Shown in pieces: positions 5,504-12,429 of a stretch of 13,240 nt of DNA (positions within the stretch are counted from its first letter, which is position 1; every line of letters begins with the position of its first letter). The notes beneath the pieces were generated by a model, which was given only the letters and a program-made list of their open reading frames with translations, ran no database searches and was not told the origin of the DNA. A program made the position numbers and the translations under genes. The stretch is from Candidatus Eiseniibacteriota bacterium (lineage in GTDB: Bacteria > ARS69), in the NCBI GenBank assembly GCA_052390515.1, contig JBQTGV010000102.1, positions 1 to 13,240 on the forward strand, in the 5' to 3' direction.

Positions 5504-7658
5504 CAGACGACGTCGGATTCCGCATCTCGCGGGGCTCGCCCTCTCGCTGGCTCTCGCGGGGTGCGGAACAGGGGGCGAAGCCCCGGCCGGCGTCGTGCTC
5601 GTCATCGTCGACACGCTCCGCGCGGACCGCCTGGGATGCTCCGGTCATCCTGGCGCCCGCACCCCCGCTCTCGACCGTCTCGCGCGGGCAGGCGCCCAGT
5701 TCCGCGAGACCTTGAGCCACGTCCCCGTCACCGCGCCTTCCGTCGCCACGATCCTCACGGGCACGCTCCCGCCCCATCACGGCGTCCGCGACAACGGGTT
5801 CTTCGTCCTCGGAGACTCGCCGGCCACCCTCGCAGAGGTGTTCGCGCGGGCAGGGTGGGAGACGGCCGCGTTCGTGAGCGCCGCCGTTCTCGAACGGACG
5901 TACGGGTTCGACCGCGGGTACGGCACGTACGACGACGACCTCTCGGCGCCGTTCGCGTTCCACCGCGCCGACCTCGCGCCGATCGAGGCGGAGCACCAGA
6001 ACGTGGAGCGGCGCGGGGCGGACACGACGGAGCGCGCTGCGGCATGGCTGGGGGCAATCGCCGGTACCCCCTGCTTCCTCACCGTGCACCTCTTCGATCC
6101 GCACGATCCGTACGACCCGCCGCCGCCTTCCCACGCCGCGACTGTGGCGCAGCTGTACGACGGAGAGGTGACCGCCGCGGACGCGTGCGTGGAGCAGCTG
6201 CTGCACGCCCTGGCTGAGACCGGGCGCCTCGACCGGACCTGGGTGACGGTCGTCGCCGACCACGGCGAAGGTCTCGGCGAGCACGGTGAGTCCGTGCACG
6301 GCTTCTTCGTGTACGACTCGACGCTGCGCGTGCCGTGGCTCGTGCGCGGCCCGGGTCTGGAAGGCGGACGGATCATCGCGCGCGGTGCGAAGCTCGCCGA
6401 CGTGGCGCCGACCCTGCTCGGTCTCGCCGGCCTCGGGGGCGCGTTCGGCCAGGGCGAGTCACGCGCGGGCGAGCTCCGCAGCGGGATTCCGACGGCCGAC
6501 ACGCAGGCCGGCGGCGGCGTCTACCTCGAGACGTTCCGCACGCTCACGAGCTACGGCTGGAGCGAGCTGGTCGGACTCCGCACCGGCCGGTGGAAGCTGA
6601 TCCGTGCACCCCGGCCGGAGCTGTACGACCTCGCCTCCGACCCTCGTGAGCTCGCGAACCTGCACGGGAGTCTCCCCGACACGGTGCGCGCGCTCTCCGG
6701 CGAACTCGACCTGCTGATCGCCGCGTCGGCGCGTGCGGACGCGCCGGCTCCCTCGCCGATCGACGACGAGACGCGGCGGAGGCTCGAGGCGCTCGGCTAC
6801 CTGTCGGCAGGGACGGAACCCGCGGCGCCAACCGGAGCCCGCATCGATCCGAAGGACGGCGTGGCTGCGTTCGACCGCAGACAGCGGGCGAAGGAGCTCG
6901 TCGTGGCAGGTCGGGCGTTCGCCGCGGGCGGCCGGCCGGACGAGGCCAAGGCTGCGCTGGCGGAGGCGGTCGAGCTGGCGCCGGACTACGGGCCTGTCTG
7001 GTACGAGCTGGGCCAGGTGCAGCGCGGCCTGGGGGACGACGCGACCGCCGAGCGCAGCTTCGCCCGGGCCGTGGAGCTCGACCCCTCGCTCGTGAGGGCG
7101 TGGACCGTGCGCGGCCTCCTGGCCTACGCCGGCCGCCGGGACTCCCTCGCCCACGAGTGCTTCCGCGCGGCGTGGGAACGCGCTCCGGCCCCCTGGACGC
7201 GGCAGAACCTCTTCGAGTTCCTGCTCCGTACGGGGCGGTTCGACGAGGCCGTTCGCTTCGCCGGCGAGGCGGCCGCCCGCGATCCCTCGGACCTCTGGCC
7301 GCGTCATGCGCACGCCTTCGCGCTCGGACGAGCCGGGCGCACCGCCGAGGAGGCCGGGTACTTGAAGAGCGCGCTTCCCGCGGGCGATGCGACGGCGCGC
7401 TTTCGCCTGACCGAGCTGGCCGGCGGCGGCGCGCGTCCCGCCGACCTCGGGGCGGCCATGCAGCAGCTGAACGCGACGGCGGGCGTGTTCCGCGGCTACC
7501 GCGCGCCGCTCTGGCTGGACGTGGCGCGGCATGCCGCGCGCGCCGGTCAGCCCGACGCCGAGGCCTACTACACGAAGGCGCTCGACGACAGCTACGGTGC
7601 CGAGTGGGAAGACGAGGCGGTCGCCGGCGGCGGCAGGCTGATCATGAAGCGGCGCTAG
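5481..7658 (+). CDS. Sulfatase-like alkaline-phosphatase-superfamily hydrolase/transferase lipoprotein with C-terminal TPR repeats (725 aa)
   Basis: Lipobox LALAG-C. Motifs VDTLRADRLG, TAPSVATILTG, HLFDPHDPY, YDGEV, ADHGEGLGEHGE, WKLI..PELYDL..DPRE and RLEALGYL. TPR-like helices include ALAEAVELAPDYGPVWYELG and FARAVELDPSLVRAW. Exact start (GTG 5481 or 5484) is uncertain. Confidence 0.9.
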   Translation: MVEAEASSRRRRIPHLAGLALSLALAGCGTGGEAPAGVVLVIVDTLRADRLGCSGHPGARTPALDRLARAGAQFRETLSHVPVTAPSVATILTGTLPPHHGVRDNGFFVLGDSPATLAEVFARAGWETAAFVSAAVLERTYGFDRGYGTYDDDLSAPFAFHRADLAPIEAEHQNVERRGADTTERAAAWLGAIAGTPCFLTVHLFDPHDPYDPPPPSHAATVAQLYDGEVTAADACVEQLLHALAETGRLDRTWVTVVADHGEGLGEHGESVHGFFVYDSTLRVPWLVRGPGLEGGRIIARGAKLADVAPTLLGLAGLGGAFGQGESRAGELRSGIPTADTQAGGGVYLETFRTLTSYGWSELVGLRTGRWKLIRAPRPELYDLASDPRELANLHGSLPDTVRALSGELDLLIAASARADAPAPSPIDDETRRRLEALGYLSAGTEPAAPTGARIDPKDGVAAFDRRQRAKELVVAGRAFAAGGRPDEAKAALAEAVELAPDYGPVWYELGQVQRGLGDDATAERSFARAVELDPSLVRAWTVRGLLAYAGRRDSLAHECFRAAWERAPAPWTRQNLFEFLLRTGRFDEAVRFAGEAAARDPSDLWPRHAHAFALGRAGRTAEEAGYLKSALPAGDATARFRLTELAGGGARPADLGAAMQQLNATAGVFRGYRAPLWLDVARHAARAGQPDAEAYYTKALDDSYGAEWEDEAVAGGGRLIMKRR

Positions 7659-7695
7659 GGTCCGTCACGAGCGAAGCGTCCACGATGACCACACG

Positions 7696-10083
7696 TCAGA
7701 ACTCGAGCTGGTTCCCCGGAACGGCCTCGGGCGGGGTGAGCAGGAGCGCCTCCCCCGGCCGTCCCGCGATCTCACGCAGGTATCGCCAGGCGTAGCCCTC
7801 GTCCGTGCCGACGTCGCCCAGGGCGGCGCCGAACGACGGCAGCTCGGGGAGGAGCCGCGGGATCCGGAAGCGCCGGCGCGGCGGGTACTCCTCGAGGATC
7901 ACGTCCTCGGGATCGAGGCCGGCCCGCCCGGCGGCTTCCTCCACCGCGTCCAGCAGCGTGCCGAGGTCGTCGCACAGGTTCCTCTCGACGGCATCGCCGC
8001 CCATCCAGATGCGCCCGCCGCCGATCTCGCGGACGCGCCCCGCGTCGAGGCTGCGCGCGGCCGCCACCCGCGCGACGAACTCGCCGTACATGCCCTCGAT
8101 CAGCTCGCGCGCCCGCTCCCGTTCGTCGTCGGAGAGCGGCCGGCCCGGCAGACGCTCGTCCACGAACGGGAAACGGATCCCGGTACGCAGATCCGCGTGC
8201 ACACCGCGCTGCACGCCGCTCGCGGAGAAGCCAGTGCGCTCGCCGACGCCCGCGTCCCACACCCAGCCGGAGATCACGCCGATCGAACCCGTCACGGTGA
8301 GCGGCGTCGTGAAGATGCGGTCCGACTCCATGGAGATCCAGTAGCCGCCCGATGCGGCGACATCGCCCTGACTCACGACGACCGGCTTCTCCTTCTCGCG
8401 GATGCGGCGCATGGCGTCCGCGACGAGGTCGCTGGCCAGGCGGTCGCCGCCGGGCGAGTCCGCGCGCAGCACCACCGCCGCCACGTCCTTCCGTCCGGCG
8501 AGCTTCCGCAGATGTGCCGACGTCGCGCGGCCGCGGATGCCCTCGTCCGTCGCGCAGACGCCCTCGGCGTACACGAGCGCGACGGTCGGCGGCCGGCCCC
8601 AGCGCTCGTCGGGGAAGTCCGACGCGCCCGCGGTCTTCGCCCCGACCACGGCGCCCTGCTTCTTCAAGCTGTCCACCACGTCCGGCCAGCGCGCCAGCTC
8701 GTCGATCAAGCCGGCCTCCTTCGCTTCCGGAGCGCGGAGCATCCCCGGTCCGTCGACGAGGGAATCGAACGCCGCCGGAGAGATACCGCGGCCGTCACAC
8801 ACTCCGCCGCGGATCGTCTCGTAGAGAACGTCCACCTCGCGACCGTACTGCTCGTGGTCGGCGCCGGACATCTCCGTGCGCGAGTACGTCTCCACCGCGG
8901 TCTTGTACGGGAAGAAGCGCAGCTCCTCGAAGCCGAGGCCGAGCTTGTCGAGCAGACCTTTCCAGTACGTGCGGTGCAGGGCGATGCCGGCGAGCTCCAT
9001 CTGCCCGTTGGGATCCATGCTGACGCGGTCCGCCACCGAGGCCAGGTACGCGCCGGACATGCGCACACGATCCACGTGGACACGCACGTTCTTGCCGGCT
9101 TCGCGGAGCGCGGCGAGCTCGGCGCGCAGCTCCCACACCAGGGACGGGCGGAGGCTCGCGCCGGCGAGGTTGAGCACGACGCCCTCGACGGCCGGGTCCC
9201 TCCGAGCGGCACGCAGCCGCCGGCCGACGTCGAGCCAGGCCACGCGGTCGTCGTCGAACCAGAGGTCCTTCTGGTACGAGAGAGTCTTGTCCTCGAGGTC
9301 GATCGGCACCCAGCGGCGTTTCACCGGCCGGTGCAGGCCGCGGTGCGGAGGGTTCGTGCGGACGACCCAGGTCGTCGTGCGGCGATCGCCGTCCTCGAAT
9401 CCGGGCAGGGCGTGCACCGCGAGGCGGTCGAACGTCAGTCCGACGTTGAGCCGCCAGTCGATCCCATCGGCGTCGGTCTCGTCGAGGACGCGCGCGCCGA
9501 CGTGGAGGCCGGAGAATGGACGAAGCTCCACGCCGGCGGACCAGGTACCGTCGTCCGGATGCCGCGGCGCATCCATGAGGGCCCAGTCGGCGAAGAGCGT
9601 GACTCGGGACGTGGCGAAGGGTCGAACGCCGACGTCGGCGACGACCGAGCGGCGGTAGGTCTCGACCGAGGCGAAGCCCGCCGCGCCGAACGAGAGCCAC
9701 TTCGCCGGCCGCTCGATGGTGCCGAGCTCGATGCCGTTCTCGCCGCCGGCGTCACCCGCCGACCAGCGCCAGGCCGCGCCGAAGTGGCGGTGGCGATCGC
9801 CGCGTGCGATCCCGACGCGATAGTCGTGCGCGCCGAGCCGCTGCTCCACCGAAAGGCCGAGGGTGCCGGCGTGCGAGATCCCCCCGTCTTTGTCGTCGTT
9901 CCGCCACACGGAGAGGTCACCGGCGGACGATGTGGCCCAGGCTGCGGGGTTCACGAAACCGCCGAGGGAGCCGGCGGTCACACCGGGCGGCGCGGGCAGC
10001 AGATCCCGGCGGGCGATATCGGAGGCGGCCGCCGGCGCGGCGACCGCGGCGGCGACGGCGACCACGACGACGGTTCGCGTCAC
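7696..10083 (-). CDS. sppA: Signal peptide peptidase SppA (peptidase S49, tandem domains) with an extra N-terminal beta-rich domain (795 aa)
   Basis: GTG at 10083 follows GGAG and lies 2 nt past the upstream stop. Signal peptide MTRTVVVVAVAAAVAAPAAA. S49 motifs are YLASVADRV, YKTAVE (catalytic Lys), RADSPGG, KPVVVSQGDVAASGGYWIS (catalytic Ser at 8350-8352), TGSIGV and GGRIWMG. Confidence 0.9.
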   Translation of the reverse strand: MTRTVVVVAVAAAVAAPAAASDIARRDLLPAPPGVTAGSLGGFVNPAAWATSSAGDLSVWRNDDKDGGISHAGTLGLSVEQRLGAHDYRVGIARGDRHRHFGAAWRWSAGDAGGENGIELGTIERPAKWLSFGAAGFASVETYRRSVVADVGVRPFATSRVTLFADWALMDAPRHPDDGTWSAGVELRPFSGLHVGARVLDETDADGIDWRLNVGLTFDRLAVHALPGFEDGDRRTTTWVVRTNPPHRGLHRPVKRRWVPIDLEDKTLSYQKDLWFDDDRVAWLDVGRRLRAARRDPAVEGVVLNLAGASLRPSLVWELRAELAALREAGKNVRVHVDRVRMSGAYLASVADRVSMDPNGQMELAGIALHRTYWKGLLDKLGLGFEELRFFPYKTAVETYSRTEMSGADHEQYGREVDVLYETIRGGVCDGRGISPAAFDSLVDGPGMLRAPEAKEAGLIDELARWPDVVDSLKKQGAVVGAKTAGASDFPDERWGRPPTVALVYAEGVCATDEGIRGRATSAHLRKLAGRKDVAAVVLRADSPGGDRLASDLVADAMRRIREKEKPVVVSQGDVAASGGYWISMESDRIFTTPLTVTGSIGVISGWVWDAGVGERTGFSASGVQRGVHADLRTGIRFPFVDERLPGRPLSDDERERARELIEGMYGEFVARVAAARSLDAGRVREIGGGRIWMGGDAVERNLCDDLGTLLDAVEEAAGRAGLDPEDVILEEYPPRRRFRIPRLLPELPSFGAALGDVGTDEGYAWRYLREIAGRPGEALLLTPPEAVPGNQLEF

Positions 10084-10085
10084 GT

Positions 10086-11435
10086 CTACTCCACGTAGCC
10101 GAGCGCGCGCAGCCGCTCGGTCAGCTCGGGGCTCGCCGTGTCGAGCTCCCGCACCTGCGCCGCGCCGACCAGCGCGGCCAGCTCGCGGCCGAGCGCGGCT
10201 CCCCGCTCGGCGTTTGCGGCGTTCGCCGGCCCGACGTCGCGCGTTTCGCCCGGATCCCGCGCGAGATCGTACATCGAGAGCGTCCCCTGCGCGGTGTGCG
10301 CGATGACCTTCCAGCGCCCCGACTCCAGCGCCTTCCACGGGCCCATCTCGCTCGGGGCCGCGGCCGGCTCGATCGGCGCGCCGTGGGCGGCGGCCAGCAG
10401 GCTTCGCCCCTGATGCGACGGCGCAGGCGGCAGCCCGAGAGCTTCCAGCACCGTCGGCGCGATGTCCAGGCTCCGCACGGTCTCGCCGACCAGCCGCGGG
10501 GACGCTCCCGGAACGGCGAGGATCAGCGGCACGTGCACCAGCTCGCCGTGCACGGTGTGGGAGTGGAGGAGCGAGCCGTGGTCCCAGAACTCCTCGCCGT
10601 GGTCGGAGGTCACGGCGACGAGCGTCGACTCGTCGAGGCCGCGGGTTTCGAGGAGGCGGGTCAGCCGGCCGAAGCGCACGTCGAGGGCGCGGATTCCCCC
10701 GTCGTACAGCGCGACGAGGTGGCGTCGGTCTGCCTCGTCGAGCGTGGGAGCTTCGCCCCCGTCCAGGCCGCGGAAGGCGCGGCACAGCGCGCGCGTCTCG
10801 GGTCCGGTGACTTTGCCGGCGTAGCCGGGGTCGTAGAGGCGATCGTACGGAGGCGGCGGATCGTACGGGACGTGCGCGTCGTAGCCGTGTAGGAAGGCGA
10901 AGAAGGGTGCGCCTGCGGCCTGGTCGAGGAACGCTCCGAGCTGCTCGACCGACCAGCCGAGGCCGACGTCCGACTCCTCGTAGCGCTCGAAACCGCGGGC
11001 GAAGCCCAGCTCGCCGGCCACGTTGCCGCCGCCGGTGAACGCGACGGCGCGGAGGCCGGCTTCCTGCAGAACCTCGGCGAGCATCGGTAGCTCCGCTCCC
11101 ACCTGCGACGCCGGCCGGGACTGGAACAGTGCGCGGTGGGACGGCAGCGTGGACGCCGCCTGCGCGATGCAGCGCGCGAACTGCGTGCCTCCCCGCGCGA
11201 GGCGGTCGAGGTGCGGTGTCGTGCCGAGCGGGCAGCCGAAGGCGCCGAGCCGGTCGGCGCGGACCGTGTCCAGGGAGACGAGGATGGCGTTCGTGGCGGA
11301 AGGACGCGGCGCGGGTCCACAGGCCGAAGCGCTTATTGCAACTGCCGCAGCGACGGCCGAGGCGGCCGCCGCGGCGATCAGCCGGCATGACGGCCCGCGG
11401 GTGCGCGCGTGGACGGCGGGATTCCTCGGAGGCAT
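10086..11435 (-). CDS. Sulfatase-like alkaline-phosphatase-superfamily lipoprotein (449 aa)
   Basis: Lipobox-like ISASA-C. Motifs SLDTVRADRLG, STLPSHRALF, HGYDAHVPY, LYDGGI, TSDHGEEF..HG, MYDL..DPGE and C-terminal RLRALGYVE. Start codon is uncertain. Confidence 0.9.
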   Translation of the reverse strand: MPPRNPAVHARTRGPSCRLIAAAAASAVAAAVAISASACGPAPRPSATNAILVSLDTVRADRLGAFGCPLGTTPHLDRLARGGTQFARCIAQAASTLPSHRALFQSRPASQVGAELPMLAEVLQEAGLRAVAFTGGGNVAGELGFARGFERYEESDVGLGWSVEQLGAFLDQAAGAPFFAFLHGYDAHVPYDPPPPYDRLYDPGYAGKVTGPETRALCRAFRGLDGGEAPTLDEADRRHLVALYDGGIRALDVRFGRLTRLLETRGLDESTLVAVTSDHGEEFWDHGSLLHSHTVHGELVHVPLILAVPGASPRLVGETVRSLDIAPTVLEALGLPPAPSHQGRSLLAAAHGAPIEPAAAPSEMGPWKALESGRWKVIAHTAQGTLSMYDLARDPGETRDVGPANAANAERGAALGRELAALVGAAQVRELDTASPELTERLRALGYVE

Positions 11436-11506
11436 CGGGGGACTCTAGGTCGGAGCGCGGAGGATTCAAGATCCGATTTCGGACCGGCCCACCGGCGGGG
11501 CGGGCC

Positions 11507-11535
11507 TTGACCCTCAGTATAACCATGGTTATACT
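11507..11535 (+). promoter_or_regulatory. Sigma70-type promoter of the TA operon
   Basis: TTGACC (11507-11512), a 17-nt spacer and TATACT (11530-11535) form an AT-rich patch in GC-rich DNA, ending 6 nt before the antitoxin ATG. Confidence 0.85.
11516..11535. promoter_or_regulatory. Perfect 20-bp palindrome, probable TA autoregulatory operator
   Basis: AGTATAACCA|TGGTTATACT overlaps the spacer and -10 box directly upstream of a ribbon-helix-helix antitoxin gene. Confidence 0.85.
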
Positions 11536-11541
11536 TCGCTC

Positions 11542-11781
11542 ATGAAAACGGCCATCTCGATTCCCGATGACCTGTTCCGGGCGGCCGACCGCGCAGCGAA
11601 GCGGCTTGGGCTCTCGCGGAGCGAGTTCTATCAGCGGGCCATCGCGCGCTTCCTCGACCAGAAGGACGAGGGCCGGATCACGACGGCCTTGGACGAGGTG
11701 TACCGGGACGACCAGCCCGGCGGTCTCGATCCGGCTCTCGACCGGATGCAGCGCGCCAGCCTTCCTCGCGAGCCGTGGTGA
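11542..11781 (+). CDS. mazE: Ribbon-helix-helix (CopG-like) antitoxin, MazE6-like (79 aa)
   Basis: MKTAISIPDDLF..ADRAAKRLGLSRSEFYQRAIARFL is an RHH signature. The protein ends in Trp, and its stop overlaps the toxin GTG. Confidence 0.88.
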   Translation: MKTAISIPDDLFRAADRAAKRLGLSRSEFYQRAIARFLDQKDEGRITTALDEVYRDDQPGGLDPALDRMQRASLPREPW

Positions 11782-12115
11782 TCCGCGGCGAGATCTGTGG
11801 GCGGACCTGGCCGAGCCCCGCGGCTCGGAGCCCGGCTACCGGCGGCCGGTCGTCGTGATCCAGTCGGACTCCTTCAATCGGAGTCGGATCGGAACCGTCG
11901 TCGTGGCGGTGGTGACCTCCAACGTGGACTTGGCCGCGGCACCCGGCAACGTCCGTCTGAAGCGGCGGGAAAGCAAGCTGCCACGGGAATCAGCCGTGAA
12001 CGTGTCGCAGATCCTCACGCTGGACCGTCGGCTCCTGACCGAGCGGGTAGGGAAGCTGCCGGCGACGGTTCTGGGCGAGGTGGAGGCCGGCCTGCGGCTC
12101 GTTCTGGCACTGTAG
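11775..12115 (+). pseudogene. mazF: MazF/PemK endoribonuclease toxin, frameshifted by a 1-nt deletion at about 11796-11798 (or a sequencing error)
   Basis: GTG GTG ATC CGC GGC GAG ATC (MVIRGEI) is out of frame with the MazF body WADLAEPRGSEPGYRRPVVVIQSDSFN..VTSN..APGNV..SAVNVSQILTLDR..GLRLVLAL*. Adding one base (ATC TG[G] TGG) restores GEIWWADL. Confidence 0.82.
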
Positions 12116-12122
12116 AGGAGGA

Positions 12123-12398
12123 GCAGCGTTTCCACGACGCGCTCGGCTTACCCCGCATCGCACTGAGGTTATGCTGCGTGTCCACGCGGGGCGGAACTTA
12201 CCCCGGGAGCGTACGCCTTCACACTCGCCGCCAATGGCCACCCTTCCACGGCGGACCGGGAGAGTCGGCGCGCACAGGCGCACGGCCACGTCGCTCGTGA
12301 CGATGCCCTCGGAATGGAGACGTAACACGGCCCGAGGCAACAACTTACTCCGGGAGAGCTTGTAAGCGTACCCTCGGGGCGAGCTGGGGCCGTTACGT
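12123..12398. repeat. Intergenic degenerate direct repeats plus a nested imperfect stem-loop
   Basis: 12123-12155 and 12173-12205 match at 24/33 positions with a 50-nt period. AACTTAC(C/T)CCGGGAG occurs at 12195-12209 and 12342-12356. Nested inverted repeats span 12320-12398. Confidence 0.5.
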
Positions 12399-12429
12399 TG
12401 CCGACCTGGCCCTGCTACCCTCCGGCGCC

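Noticed and set aside
7659-7695. Bidirectional terminator between the convergent units
   Set aside because: No convincing stem or U/A-tract in the 37-bp gap.
10084-11526. N-terminal ~480 aa of the 1276-aa ORF 7696..11526, suggesting a giant SppA or a dual-coding region
   Set aside because: It is Arg/Pro/Gly-rich off-frame text over the sulfatase gene. Stop-free alternative frames are expected at high GC3. An SD, GTG and signal peptide at 10083 mark the real start.
11567-11794. 182-aa ORF as an N-terminally extended MazF
   Set aside because: The extension is an off-frame reading of the antitoxin gene joined to MazF only by the 1-nt deletion. The MazF-like N-terminus (MVIRGEI) is in another frame.
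11790-11800. Programmed ribosomal frameshift in mazF
   Set aside because: No slippery sequence or homopolymer at the junction.
12123-12358. CRISPR array or oriC DnaA-box cluster
   Set aside because: The repeats are too degenerate and irregular and there are no cas genes. TCCACG motifs differ from TTWTNCACA at two or more positions, with no AT-rich unwinding region.
12320-12398. Integron attC site making the TA locus a gene cassette
   Set aside because: AAC/GTT ends are complementary, but I could not place matching L boxes at canonical spacing. It lies about 200 bp past the stop, and no second attC or integrase is in the window.
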